Source of the DNA: Octopus sinensis
Taxonomy: Eukaryota
DNA: 64,000 nucleotides
Assembly: GCF_006345805.1 (NCBI RefSeq)
Contig: NC_043013.1
Location: 1,426,001 to 1,490,000 of the forward strand
Direction: 5' to 3'
A program made the translations under genes and the position numbers. Within the stretch, counting starts at the first letter, position 1. Each line of letters begins with the position of its first letter. Shown here piece after piece: positions 1 to 13,778 of this stretch. The notes beneath the pieces are model-generated. The model was not told the origin of the DNA. It saw only the letters and a program-made list of their open reading frames with translations, and did not search any database.

Positions 1-1140
1 GTGGAAAAGTTAAAGCAAGCTGCTTACCCTGAAATAAAGAAACGGGTGCAGGATTTAAAAAAGAAAATGAACGTAAGCCAAGATATGTTAAATCAAGCAT
101 AATGTTGAAGATCTTTCGCGCATACGGCATTCTCGAAGTACTAGTTCTTACCATTGCAAAGACCTTCGAGAAAACCAGAGTACATGTGTTGTCATCTAAC
201 GGAGAAATAGAATTCTTTTAAATACTAGCTAGTGTGCTACAAGGAGACACGCTTGCACCTTGTCTGTTTGCAATATTATCGGATTATGTGATGCGATGGG
301 CTGTAGGCAACAGTGGCGAAGGCCTTGGCTTCACCTTTGACCGGCAAGGATTGCAGAGAGTACCAGCAGTAAGCATCACAGACCTGGACTTCGCAGATGA
401 TGTAGCACATGCATCTGATGAAACAAATCGAGCTCAACAGCTGCTCAGCAGAGTAGAGACATCAGCTGCCAAAACTGAACTGTACACAAATGTCAAGAAA
501 ACCGAATACATGACTTTCAACCAATCAAGGGATGCTGAACTGTTTGCTTTGAGTGGTTCCGAATTGAATGTTGTTAAAGACTTCATGTACTTAGGTGGTT
601 GGATGAGCAGTTCGGAAGCAGACATCAAGATCAGGAAGGCACAAGCATAGACAGCCTCTCACAGACTAAAGAATGTCCTGAACTCCAAATTGCTCCGGCG
701 AATCACAATCAAGCTGGTCATTGCAGCTGTCAAATCGGTGCTGTTATAGGACAGTAAAACATAGACACTGGTAAAGAAATTATCAAACGGGTTAAATGGA
801 TGATACCCAAGGATGCTACGAATGGCCCTAAATGTGAAATAGCAGCCACATATGACAAATGAATGCCTTAATGAAGACCTGCCGAAAGTTAGCGAGAATA
901 TCATGCAAAGATGGCTGCAATTATCTGGTCACTGCATGCGCCACGCTGAGCTGGAAGCTTCCAGATTAGTTTGTGGAAAGCAGCTCCTGGTGATGTAAGA
1001 AGATTTGGAAAACGTCGTCAACTTGACAACTTGATTGCTGACACTGACCGGGAATGTATCCAGGAGCCCGAGGCAGCGATGATGGATTGAGAAGTGTGGT
1101 GGGTGGATTTTGTTGCTGCGGCCCGGGCTGGAACCCAGCC
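1..1140 (+). mobile_element. Decayed non-LTR retrotransposon, RT C-terminal half (RTE-like)
   Basis: ORF 234-650 has LQGDTLAP..LF, DLDFADD, KKTEYM and DFMYLG. The continuation (RMLRMALN, LSGHCMRH) is broken by stops. Confidence 0.85.
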
Positions 1141-1576
1141 ATAATAATAAATATATTTTGATCCTGCAGAACTGTGATTTCCTCTGTTTAAAACATTTGA
1201 TTCACAAAAGAAAAAAAAAATCGCAAATAAAATCACAAATGAAAAAGTTTATGGCTAATTCTGTTCTCTGAAACTAAGAAGAGGATGAAAGCTGATAGAA
1301 TTTAAAAACGGTCACTGGGCAACGGTCACACTGGAGCATTGTCTTAAAGTGTTCAGTCGATCAAATCACCACAGCCCCCACACGTTTGGTACTTATTCTA
1401 TTGGTTTCTTTTGCCGAATCGCTTATTTACGGGGTCGTAAGCAAAATAACACCGGTTGTGAAGCAGCAGGAGACAAATAACGACGCGTGCACAGACAGAC
1501 ACACACATGCACACACAAGCACGGACACACACGCGCGCGCGCACATACACACACGCGCGCGCGCACATACACACAA

Positions 1577-1607
<31 letters not shown>

Positions 1608-1611
1608 CAGG

Positions 1612-1639
<28 letters not shown>

Positions 1640-1663
<24 letters not shown>

Positions 1664-1875
1664 CGGGAAGCTTTATGAAAATAAACAAAAGACGAAGGCA
1701 GGTGGAAAACAAACGAACAATTGTATTAGTATGGCGCTCAGGAAATATAAATAAAACAAGTCTTTAACGTTTCGAGCCTACGCTCTTCAACAGAAAGATA
1801 CACAGAGAGAGAAAAACACAGAAAGAAGGAGAGCAAAAAAAATGCGTGCAGTAGCTAACGAATCAACATGGCGAA
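1640..1875 (-). mobile_element. Solo Penelope-like terminal repeat fragment; a shorter copy lies at about 2445-2550
   Basis: The sequence gtaggctcgaaacgt...gagcg...ctaataca..tgtttgtt matches the sequence directly 3' of the Penelope ORF at 12520-12670. Confidence 0.6.
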
Positions 1876-1885
1876 TATATATATA

Positions 1886-2425
1886 CAGGATGCGTAAAAT
1901 ATTTGAGGACAGATTTATGTTTATAAAATAAGATATAAATAAGAGATAATAACTTTATTTATTAAAAAATGCTATGGGAATAAAAATAAACCTTTTCTAT
2001 AATGTTATTTAATAAAGCAACCTTCAGCTTCAACAACTGCTTCTATATGAGATCTAAATCCTATACATGCTCGAATCAAGTGATCCTGGTTCATTTTGGA
2101 CATTACTCTGACAAATTCAGGTGTTCTGATGATTTCAGAGCGTTTAGAATGCTTTTTATGCTTTGATACTGGTGATACGTTTCCATCTTCAGCCTCTAGA
2201 TCCTTACAAACTTTGTAGACGAAAGAGCTGGAAACTTTAAAAAATCGAGATGTTTCTAATTCACTATGCTCAGCCTTTATAACCACAAGAACAGCATGCT
2301 TCTTCATTTCTTGAGTAAGCTGAGAGTCTTCCATTATTATTTTCTGAAACAAAGATTATACAGAGTAAGTAAACATGCAGCAATGACCCTAAAAAGGTAT
2401 GTCCTCAAATGCCTTACGTACTCTG
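1886..2425 (-). mobile_element. Internally deleted Tc1/mariner element
   Basis: TA-flanked imperfect TIRs (cagGATGCGTAAAATATTTGAGGACA vs cagAGTACGTAAGGCATTTGAGGACA). ORF 2005-2352 fuses an N-terminal HTH directly to the transposase C-terminus LIRACIGFRSHIEAVVEAEG. Confidence 0.85.
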
Positions 2426-2546
2426 TATATATATATATATATAGGGAGAGTTTACGAAAAAAACAAGACGAAGACAGGTGGTGTACAAAACAAACAGATG
2501 TATTAGTATAACGCTCAGGAATAGAAAAAGTCTTTTACGTTTCGAG

Positions 2547-2626
<80 letters not shown>

Positions 2627-2733
2627 ATATACACATGCATACCTACAAGCATACCTACAAGCATACCTACATGTATACCTACATGCATACGTACATACAT
2701 GCATACATACATACATACATACATACATACATG

Positions 2734-2765
<32 letters not shown>

Positions 2766-2930
2766 CATACATACACACATACATACATACATACATACAT
2801 ACATACATACATACATACATACATACATACATACATACATACATACATACACACACACGCTCGCACACGCACGTGCACACACACCCATACAAAGATGGGC
2901 AAAAGTTGGTATACAGTTGTGTAATATGAG

Positions 2931-3116
2931 CTGGCAGGGTGGTTAGCATGCCGGACAAAATGCTTAGCGACATTTCGTCGTTTTTTACGTTCTGAGTTCA
3001 AATTCCGCCGAGGTTAACTTTGCCTTTCATCATTCGGGGTCGATAAAATAAGTGCCAGTCACGTAGTAGGGTCGGTGGAATCCCCAAATTCTAGCCTTGT
3101 GCCAAAATTTAAACCC
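2931..3116 (+). mobile_element. tRNA-derived SINE family A; further copies at about 5935-6070(-), 10745-10935(-), 13100-13312(-), 18955-19095, 24838-25010, 25260-25380(-), 37004-37200, 43610-43810, 44494-44680, 57148-57325
   Basis: Recurring head gagctggcagaatcgttagc, B-box-like gagttcaaattcc and body gtcgactttgcctttcatcctttcggggtcgat. Confidence 0.85.
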
Positions 3117-3212
3117 AATATGATTGAAATGTTCTTTTCATTTCTGTGGGATCTCTGGGAGCTGCCTAGATCCTTGCAACCCAACTTCTTTTTTTTCTTT
3201 TATCCGTGGGAA

Positions 3213-3621
3213 CTTTGAATGAATGCTTGAGCCACAAGCGTTTTATTGTCTTCAGTGATAACACTGACCGGTGGACCACTTTTCTCTGCATTGCAGATGG
3301 ACCCAGTCTGTTCAAATTTGTAGCGTATCTTGTTAACTGTTAATCTTGAGCTGGTCTTTGAAATTCTTCGGTTCATTTCTGTCGAACCATTTCTGCATTC
3401 TCCAGTACTGCTTGATGATCCACTTTCGCTCATCGCTTCCAGCCATTTAATAAAGTTCTGAAACGAGGAATAATTATTTTATTATAGAAAGAATTACTTA
3501 AAAAGAACATAGAATCATAGACTTGTTATCCTAAAAAGAAGTAGAGAAATGAAAAGAATATTCCACTCATATTAAGCAACGGTATACCTTCTTTTGTCCA
3601 CTGCTGTACACGCATACTTAT
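3213..3621 (-). mobile_element. 5' fragment of a Tc1/mariner transposon (left end plus frameshifted HTH)
   Basis: Terminus TA|CAGCAGTGGACAAAAG. Encodes KIRYKFEQTGSI..AEKSGPPVSVITEDNK, the KF..TGS....RSGRP pattern. Confidence 0.75.
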
Positions 3622-4329
3622 ACATACATACATACATACATACATGCATACATACATACATACATACATACAAACATGCATACATACATACATACAACAT
3701 ACATACATACATACATACATACATACATACATACACACACAGTTACATCCGTACACAGTTACATGCATGCATGCACCCATCCACACAAACATACATACAT
3801 ATAGATGAAAAGTTTGCGATATTGCTTCCATCTCTCAAAATGTACTCACAGACTTTCAGCTCGTGGTTATAGTGGAAGATTTTCAGTCAAAGTGCCGCGC
3901 AGTGTGACTAAACCCGAACTCATGTGGTTGGGAAAAAATTATTCTAACCATACAGAAATGCTTGGAATTTTCATTCTTTTTGTTTTGTGGTAATCTCCCA
4001 TGTTTAAAACGTAAAAATATGAAGAAATTTTCGAAAATTGTAACAAAATAAAAATATAACAGGAGGATGCCTATTCTTAACCCCCTTGTTTTTTCTTTTC
4101 AAAATATGTTCAAAATAACTAAGCTGCTATTGTTATTAAATGTGATTATTCGTAATGGAATTCCGTAAAGGTGGTGGTGGAGGGGGGGAGGCAAGAGGGA
4201 CCAGATTTTTATATGAGGATCCTCATGGAGAAAATCAGGTTACAAAATATCCGCCACTGCATATGACTTTGATTATGAAAAGATGTCCCCCTGACTGCAG
4301 CATCCTATGTTGTGGAAAGCGTTATAGGA

Positions 4330-5000
4330 TGATGGTGATGAAGGACTCAGTAGACGGCTGCACATTGGTTAGCAGGTTTACGAATTGGTTTAGCACCAGG
4401 AAAGAAGTTCGGTAAGAGTGCCATGTTTCTCGTCCGTCTACTATAACCTCTACTCTGAGGAGGTGGTGTGGAGGTCAGCAGAAGGTTTTGGTTGGATCGG
4501 CGTACGCATCAGTAGCCAGTGACTAAATAAATTTTGTTTTGCTGATAATGTCGTACCGATCGCTACTTCGTTGGATGAGTTCTAGAGAGCAACTGACAAA
4601 GTCAGTAGAGCTTCAACTGAATTTCAGCTAGAAATCAGCTCCAAAAGAACCAGACCATTCGTGGCAACCACCAGGGAACAAGTGTAGCTTACCATAAGTG
4701 TCAAGGGGTGCAATTAGGAAATCGAAACAAGTTTTGGTACAAGATCTGCTCTGAGGCCTGCAAAAGCATCAAGCTTAAGGGTCTAAAAAATCCTGATCTT
4801 GTTATTAATGCTGGATTCTAAGGAAGACGATGATGTGCTACAAGTGAGCACCGTGGATCTGTTTGGTGACCCACAGAAGAAATAATTCAGTTTTGGAGGA
4901 GATGGGAACGGAACAAAAGTTTGTGACGGTAGTCAGATGACAAAAACTACGATAGTTTATCTATATTACCAGGGTCCAAAACTTCTGAGCTCGTATATTC
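4330..5000 (+). mobile_element. Highly decayed RTE-type RT fragment
   Basis: FSTRKEVR*EC (GVRQGC equivalent), YNLYSE, and NKFCFADNVVPIATSLDE...FQLEISSKRT (FADD region). Boundaries approximate. Confidence 0.6.
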
Positions 5001-6935
5001 GGGGGCAGGGTGGACTGTAAACAAATGACAAAGGTGAACGGTAACATCAAAGGCTGTAGGTACGAAACCTCGAAGCGTGGTGAGAAGTGGGGACGGTGTT
5101 GTATCTGAAGCCCAGGAGCCTTCGCAATAAAAAATGGGAATATTCATTATTCACCATCAATATCACGTGTGTGTATGGGGGAGGCGGGTACGCGTTGCAT
5201 TTTAAATTCCACAGTGTTTCACTTTTAGCTTTATTATTAAAGTTTTGTATTCAAATTTTCGTTCGAGCTCCTGGAAGTTTTTTTGAACAATAAAATCCCT
5301 AAATAAGCTAACAACGTTTTTAAACCTTTACAGTGCTTTTAGGATGATATGATGGTAACGTACATTGGTGCCAATTTATAGTAGGCAGGGCCGATGTGAT
5401 TAATGTTGACTTTACTGCTGGTAATTGAATTTTAACTGTTAGATTCATAAAACATTATTTCGGTGTTATAAATACTAATACATATTAAAGGTGTGCTTAT
5501 ATTATATTAATTCATGTTTATTTCTCTCGGATTCTTTTTGAGTTATTGTTTCTTTTAACGATTATACTTTCTTGCCATGTGCCTTCTTGTATCTTTATTG
5601 AATTATATTTCTGTCAATATTTTAATAAATACGGAAATCATAAAACCGAAACATGTACTGCCGCAATAAATTGAAAACAAATTAGACGTTGACTAATATT
5701 TTTTCCCTCCTTACATATTATTAATAAACATTTAAAGCTCTTCCCGTATAAAATATCTTAAAAACTAAACTGACTAATGGGAATTGTTCATTGACCTAAA
5801 AATAGTTCATTGGCATAAATAAATTCGGCAGAAACATAACAGATTTTTAAAATCCAAAATTGAAATGTTTATATTTATTTTTATTTATTGTTTATACTGT
5901 AAAGAATATCAAGGTCTTTTGTAGTAATATACCTATTTCTTTATTACCCACAAGGGGCTAAACATAGAGGGGACAAACAAGGACAGACATAGGTATTAAG
6001 TCGATTACATCGACCCAGTGTGTAACTGGTACTTAATTTATCGACCCCGAAAGGATGAAAGGCAAAGTCATGTTTGTAACATAATAACTAACAAGGGCTG
6101 GTCTATAAAAGCTGTGGGTAAATAATATCTTTTAAATGGAAACAAGTTTTACGTTCTGTATTACTTGTGAGCAGTAAGTCCGCCGATGTGAAGTGTTGTT
6201 ATTTCCTTTTTCTATTGAATTGTTTTGAATATTTACTCACACGTTTGTTTTCAACCTTCCGGTCACTTCAATACGTGGAGTCTTTGTAACTCGGGAGAGT
6301 AACTGACATGAGAAATTCTTTTGTTTGATATTCATTCGTAGTCTTGTACAGGTTTCGCTGGGCGAAATGCAAATGGGAAAAGCAAGCGTGAAAATGAAAC
6401 AAGGACTGCATAAAATAGAAATTAAAAAAAAAGCCATGAATCTGAGTGTTTAGGATGTTTTGAAATATCAGAATAACAGGAGAGATTCTGTTAAGAAAGG
6501 CCATAACAATGTTTGCGAAAGGAACATCAAATATGCTGAGCTCATAGGTATGTTACACAAAGGCTTCATTGACGATCCTGGATTGAGATAGCTGTAGGTA
6601 GGTTCTTTCGGGAGACAAGCTTTGTTAATCATATGAAATCGCATATTATACGCATTCATACTATCAATGGCTACGAACCTCCATGTCTACAGCATATCAA
6701 ATGTACAGCACAGGGCAGAGTGCAGAAATAGAAACCGGGACTACAAAAATATCTAAACAGAGACCCATTGATATACCCAGATATTCCTGTGGAAGTGCAG
6801 AGTTTGGTTTTGGTTGTCGCGTTTGTTTAAAACGTTGTAAGTCATCACCTGGTCTTAAAAGAAATCCTCCAAGTATGGCACTGAGCAATAAATAGTAATA
6901 TAATGTGACCGCTATCGTCTGAAACATCGAAGCAA

Positions 6936-6988
<53 letters not shown>

Positions 6989-7384
6989 GGCACGCACGCA
7001 CAGAGACACCACACACACACACACATTGTATAACTGCTGTTTGCAATGTCTTCAGCGAGATCTAGAATGAATATTTTCATATTATTTCTTAACACGTTTG
7101 AGCAGGTTCAGACGCTGCAGTGTGTTTCTTAGGAGGATAAAATCTACCATTTTTGGACAACACATTGTTCAACACACTCGTCTCATTGGCGCACAGCATT
7201 CTGGGACACCGGTGTTTTGCCATGATGTTCTTCGGCAGCCATATTTTGCGTGAGAACCGACGTGGACGTGTTAAGAATAAATATACATACACACATACAT
7301 ACATACATACAGACAGACAGACAGACACACAGACACACATATATAATATATATAATATATATGTATGTATGTGTACATATATAC

Positions 7385-9130
7385 AAAGGCATTCATTAAT
7401 CTCGCGAGATCATGAATTTGCACCCGGCCAGTTTTTTTACTTCGGTCCTGTCGGCAGAGTACTGTTTGCTAGTATTGCGCTGATGCTGTTTCCCCGCCGA
7501 CTTTACTTTCTCTCGTCACAAAACCTCAGCCTCTACTCTCATCTCAAACCCTTCTTCAGTCTCTAACGGGAGCAATCATCTCTAAACCTTTCACGTTCAT
7601 CGAAAGGGACTCTATGTTTCTTTTGCACGCATCTTTGAAGCAAAAATATATTTGTCTTTGAGTTTTCTTGCCGAAGTTCAGTTCCTTATGCAGCAAATAT
7701 TTCGGGTGTCTTCCATTCTGATATCGATGTGCGTGGCCCAGTCATCGGAAGTGATGTTGTTTTAGTAAGATGAAGAGGCTGGGTATTTGCACCCTAGCCA
7801 GGAATTCATTGCTGGTGATTCAACCAGGATCCGTCTCAGGTTTTCGTGGGTACAAAGTGTTGAGTCGCTGCTTTTTCTTGGAGTTGCTGCCCCTGGTCTT
7901 TCTGTCATAAAACTGTGTGCTGAGGACGCAAGCCTTGTAGTCTGCAACCTTTGTGCCCCACCGTAAACTTACTCTTCTCGCAAATTCGTTTTGTCAGTGT
8001 GACTAGTGCTGAGGCTGTTCTTCCAATGATCTTTGAATGAATGCTTGAGCCACAAGCGTTTTATTGTCTTCAGTGATAACACTGACCGGTGGACCACTTT
8101 TCTCTGCATTGCAGATGGACCCAGTCTGTTCAAATTTGTAGCGTATCTTGTTAACTGTTAATCTTGAGCTGGTCTTTGAAATTCTTCGGTTCATTTCTGT
8201 CGTACCATTTCTGCATTCTCCAGTACTGCTTGATGATCCACTTTCGCCCATCGTTTCCAGCCATTTAATAAAGTTCTGAAACGAGGAATAATTATTTTAT
8301 TATAGAAAGAATTACTTAAAAAGAACATAGAATCATAGATTTGTTATCCTAAAAAGAAGTAGAGAAATGAAAAGAATATTCCACTCATATTAAGCAACGG
8401 TATACCTTCTTTTGTCCACTGCTGTACACGCATACTTATGTAGTAATATTCTATGTTTGTATCGTAATATTTAGGAAGGAGTGGTTTATGAGCAAATAAT
8501 ATAGTTTAAGTTGAAAGAACTTCTACGTTTTTAATTGCTTCCTGTATAAGGTAAGCTGGTGTATGGTGTGATAATTTTCAGTGTGACTAGTGCTGAGGCT
8601 GTTCTTCCGCTACTTCAGCTGATCTCAAGATTCGCGGGAGGGAGAGAGAGGGGAAGAGAGAGGAGAGAGAGAGAGAATCCTCAATGAAGGTGCCGATGTA
8701 TGTGGAATGATGAACTTCGTCCAGCTCGCTGCTTCTCCTCCCTGTGTGTTGGCAGCATCATATTATCTGCATACTGCGTACTCTCCGATGAGAGCTTTAC
8801 GTACTTTAATTTTCGTTTTCAGTCTCCCGTTTGATATTATGTGAAGGTAAACATCGTCAGTTAGCACGACAGAGAAAAGATGTCCAACAGGACATTGCTG
8901 GGTACAGAGTCTTCTTTCACTCCTCTACGAACGTTGAAGGATGCACACGTAACAAACGCTCGCACAACACGAGCACCACTCTCTGAGTCTTCCTGTTTAC
9001 TACCCGGTGAGAAACCGAAGTGAGATTATTTACCATTAGGCGGGGGTGCTGAAGGATTCTTGGCTTTATGTGTATCATTGCAGGGACCAGGCTGGAGACG
9101 CAACCTTCCGAGTTCTCTGACAGGGCTCGT
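7385..9130 (-). mobile_element. Decayed RTE/BovB-like LINE, interrupted by a 553-bp insertion at 8025-8577
   Basis: Frameshifted motifs occur in the expected order: FNVRRGVKED, QYADNMML, GRTASALVTLTKRI, YKACVLST, LRRIL, LGHAHRYQNGRHPKYLLHKEL. Confidence 0.8.
8031..8439 (-). repeat. Second copy of the 409-bp Tc1 fragment at 3213-3621
   Basis: Same length; I count 4 substitutions between the copies. Confidence 0.95.
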
Positions 9131-9168
9131 GCACACACACACACACACACACCACACACACACACACA

Positions 9169-9206
<38 letters not shown>

Positions 9207-9606
9207 ACACACACACACACACACAATAAACACGTTTTCATTTACTTAGTCTGTCGGAGTATTTCAACTGATCAAAATATAAACACTGTGATGTCCATCT
9301 TGCCCTGAAGATCTGTCTCTTTCAATATGTTTTGTAATTGAAATTGGGTTCGAAGTGAAACAATTGTAGACAACGTTAAATAATTACTAAATTAATCTAT
9401 ATCCATTGAATTTCTCCATTTTCAAACTTATTAAATATTTGATGTTTTATAATATATTTATAATATATTTATTGAAGAAAATATCCCTTCAAAATATAGT
9501 ATATTAAAACAGGGTATCTTGGATAACACAATCCGTATAAGAAGTTTAAATATCCTCATAGTGAATATATATACATACATACATACATGTATATATATGT
9601 ATGTGC

Positions 9607-9665
<59 letters not shown>

Positions 9666-9866
9666 TATATATATATGTATACACACATGTATATATTATA
9701 TATAATTGCTATTATGCAAAAGTGTCGTATGTCCAATACGGCTATTGCAAGCAAAAATAAATATTGGAAAAAAAAAAACGCATTTGGCCAAATTTGGACA
9801 TACAACAGTTTAACATAATAGCAACGATATAATATATATATATATGTATGTGTGTGTGTGTGTGTG

Positions 9867-9910
<44 letters not shown>

Positions 9911-10157
9911 CACACACACATATATATATAGAGAGAGAGCAGTCCAATTCGTTTCTTTACGAAAAACAATAGCGAAAGGAGACGCAAAAACACCGACTGC
10001 GGTGCTCCAGCTTGGTCCCAGCCCCTATTTGGAACCTGTTAAAGAATATATATATAATATCTATAACTATCTATGTTTACCTTTCAGTCTCTCTCTCTCT
10101 TTTTTCTTTCTTTGTCTCTGTCAGTCTGTCTTTGCCTATCTATCTATCCATCCATCC

Positions 10158-10190
<33 letters not shown>

Positions 10191-10201
10191 TCTCTCTCTC
10201 A

Positions 10202-10239
<38 letters not shown>

Positions 10240-10254
10240 CTATCTATCCATCCA

Positions 10255-10349
<95 letters not shown>

Positions 10350-10415
10350 GCTAGCTAGCTATCTATCTCTCTCTCTCTCTATCTATCTATCTCTCTCTCT
10401 ATCTATCTATCTATC

Positions 10416-10447
<32 letters not shown>

Positions 10448-11099
10448 GTGCACTCATAAACATGCATACATACACACGACATACACATCTAGTGATGAGA
10501 GTCTTGAGGTCTTGACACCATAGTAGAGATTAATATATTATTTTCGTCGAGTTAGTCTGTTACTGTTCTGAGTTTTGCTTGTCGGTGCAAAGAATCTTCA
10601 TGCAGGTTACGACGAGGAAATGATAGAATTGGCACCCCGCCCACACACAAGATTCCTATCGGAGGGTATGATGGTACAGGAGAAGTGTGATAAAGTGGTT
10701 CGAAGAGGGGAAGCAAAAAGAAGAAAAAAACAAAGAATATTGGTTTCAAATTTTAGCACAAGGCCAGCAATTTCGAGGGGTAGGGGAGTAAGTGAATTAC
10801 GTGGACTCCAGTGTTTAACTGGTACTTATTTTATCGACTCTCGGAAGCGGCATTTGATCTCAGAAAGTAAAACGGACGAAATGCCGCTGAGCAATTTGTC
10901 CGGTATGCTAACGATTCAGGCAGCTCGCCACCCCCGGCGGAATAAATAATTTGAAAAAATATGCAAGTCATCACAAAAAAGGAAATGGGTCAAGGATTAG
11001 CACATAAATATTGATCGAGAAAAACAGACTCTAGTATACACACGCACACACAAACACCTCTGTCTTCTTTGGCCTCTACAGAGTTGACGCCCTTGCTAT

Positions 11100-12664
11100 T
11101 TCTAGAGGTGCCAACGGGCTTAGGGTGTACCCGATAACACCCTTAGCTTTATGAGGCTGAAAATCACTATCGAGACAAATCTCACCACTGCGGACTTCTT
11201 AGACGTCACGCTCGACTTGGGCTCCGGTACATACAGGCCCCACCGCAAGCCAAATGAGAGGTTGACATACTACATCAACACAGCCTCCTGCCACCCACCC
11301 ACCCATCGTGTTCAAAAACCTGATGAAAGGTGACAGCAAGGGGATCATGAACCTTTCCTCTAGCTAAGACAATTTTGACACGGCAGCCCCCTAATATAAC
11401 GAAACACTAGCTGGTAGCGGGTTTAGGGACCGCATCTCTAGCGCCGCAGAAATATCATTTGGTTTTTCCCTCCCCCTTCTCCCGCAACATAGAAACGTGT
11501 GTAGGTAGGATCTTCTTTAGGCTTGTAGATAAACACTTCACACGTTCACGTAGGTTCGGACGCATTTTCAACAGGTCTCTTTTAACTGCACCCCCAATTT
11601 TAAGAACATTCTAGTTAACGCCCCTACGCCACGAGCAGAGGAGGGATGCTCATGCAAGGACTACAACACATGCCAACCAGGAGGCAAATGCGAAACTAAA
11701 AGAGTCGTCTATGAGGCTGACGTGGTAGTAAACCCTAGTAGCAGCAGAAACAGGAGCAGCTTCCCCAATGACTACTACCGTAGCAGGAATGACAGTACCA
11801 ATAGCGACAGCGGCAACCCGAACAGAAACAGCTGTAGCATCATCGCTAGCAACAACAATAACAACAACGGTAGCATCTCGAGCAGAAATAGCAGCACCAC
11901 AATCGCCAATGATATCAATAACAACCGCGACGGTATCTCCCACCACGATAGCACCGATAACTGCTCCAACAACACCGTCGACGATGGCCATAGCATCATC
12001 AACAGTAGCGCCGCCATCGATCATGTTCCCTACGCCAGTATTGATGGCACCGACGCCAGCACAACACCAGCTTTAAGGACGCCAACATCAACAGCAGTGA
12101 CACCACCAGCAGCGACACCAACACTAGTTAACATCATCATCACCAACATCCACACACGGAGATATATCAGATGTTCCAGTAACTCGTTCAAGCAGCGCCT
12201 TTCCAACCACAGATCCTCTTTCAGGATCGCGGAAAGGAGATACATTACGTCCTTAGCCAACCATGTTTGGTGGCTGAAAGACGACAGAATTCCACGCGTA
12301 ATATCGTGGAAGATCCAAGAAAATTCAGGCAGTCCCTACATAAATGGGACCAAGCATTGTAAACTGTGCGTAGCCCAACGGACGAAGATATTAAAAAACT
12401 CCCTTGACCTGGGGAACATTCTTAACTCCAGGACGAAAGTCTTCGGACCCTGCTTGCACTTCAGGAAATTCCTGTTGGCGTCCTGGGATCCATACGATTA
12501 CAGGATCAATTGTGAGTAGCGATCAAAGGGAGACAATCCACTGTTGTTGACATCGTAGGCTCGAAACGTAAAATACTTTTTCGCTTCCCGAGCGTTAATC
12601 TAATACACCTGTTTGTTGTTTACACACCTGTCTTCGTCTATTGTTTTTTCTTGTAAATTCCAAC

Positions 12665-12670
<6 letters not shown>
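11100..12670 (+). mobile_element. Penelope-like element 1 (RT C-terminus plus GIY-YIG endonuclease), decayed
   Basis: LKITIETNLTTADFLDVTLDL..TYRPHRKPN, CQPGGKC...VVYEA...YIRCSSNSFKQRLSNH, SLANHVWWLK, CKLC, LNSRTK...CLHFRKFLL, followed by terminal-repeat-type sequence. Confidence 0.9.
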
Positions 12671-12698
<28 letters not shown>

Positions 12699-13370
12699 TT
12701 TGTGTCTTTGTGTGTGTGTGTGTGTGTGTGTGTCTGTCATCCACCGCCACCACGACTTGACAACCGGGGTCGATTTGTTCGACTAAAGGCGGTGCTCCTG
12801 CATGGCCGCAGTCAAATGACTGAAACAAGTAAAAAAATAAAAGAATTCTCCTCAACACTGGTTAGCGCTGATGCTGCTGTCTTTATTCTGATCAGGCGAT
12901 CTGCGAGCGCAACCCAGTCACTGATATTTGCTGTTCTAAGATAAAGCTATGACTTGAGAATCTGCCCATTTCGGTAGTATCTCCGACCGAGGGAAGCTAA
13001 GGGGATAGAGACGCGTCTGGGGGTCCGTATGGGGTGAAGACAGACACTAAACAGGTATGAGGCTTTTACACCTTTAGAAGCAAAACTATGTCACAGACAT
13101 TTTTTTCTAGTCTAGGCACAAGGCCCGAAACTTTAGGGGAGGGGGCCAGTCGATTACATCGACCCCAGTGCGCAACTGGTACTTCATTTATCGACTCCGA
13201 AAGGATGAAGGGCAAAGTCGACTTTGGAATTTAAACTTAGAACTTAAAGACAGACGAAACACCGCTAAGCATTTCACCCGGCGTGCTAACCATTCTGCCA
13301 GCTGGCCGCCTTATGTCACGAAGATCGTTCATTTCTTATCACTGCTTAGCGATGTGTGCGTGTGTGTGTG

Positions 13371-13419
<49 letters not shown>

Positions 13420-13464
13420 ATATATATATATATATATACATATACATAGAGAGAGAGAGAGATA

Positions 13465-13746
13465 TGGCCCAGTGGTTAGGGCAGCGGATTCGCGGTTTCG
13501 ATTCCCAGACCGGGCGTTGTGAGTGTTTATTGAGCGAAAACGCCTAAACCTCCACGAGGCTCTGGCAGGCGGGGGGCGATCCCTGCTGTACTCTTTCGCC
13601 ACAACTTTCTCTCACTCTTTCATCTGTTGGCCTGCTCGCTTAGCCAGCGGGGTGGCGTGATTTGAAGGCTAAAACAATGCAAAGCGCATTGTGACCAGCG
13701 ATGTGTAGCAACATCTGATAGCCTGGTCGGTCACGTGATCACGTGA
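13465..13746 (+). mobile_element. tRNA-derived SINE family C
   Basis: tRNA-like head ggcccagtggttagggcagcgg...ggtttcgattccc, inserted into a microsatellite. Confidence 0.6.
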
Positions 13747-13747
13747 G

Positions 13748-13778
<31 letters not shown>

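Noticed and set aside
6683-6895. Short ORF with CRVCLKRCKSSPGLKR (zinc-finger-like)
   Set aside because: It resembles a LINE C-terminal Cys motif, but it is isolated and too degenerate to call as a gene or an element.
12540-12590. Hammerhead-like words (gagcgtaggctc-GAAAC) in the PLE terminal repeats at 12.55 kb, 1.77 kb and 2.54 kb
   Set aside because: The CTGANGA core is broken, and there is no stem III or NUH site in any of the three copies.
13465-13520. tRNA genes at SINE heads (also 23986 and 46493)
   Set aside because: They have A/B-box-like motifs but no complete cloverleaf, and they continue into SINE bodies.
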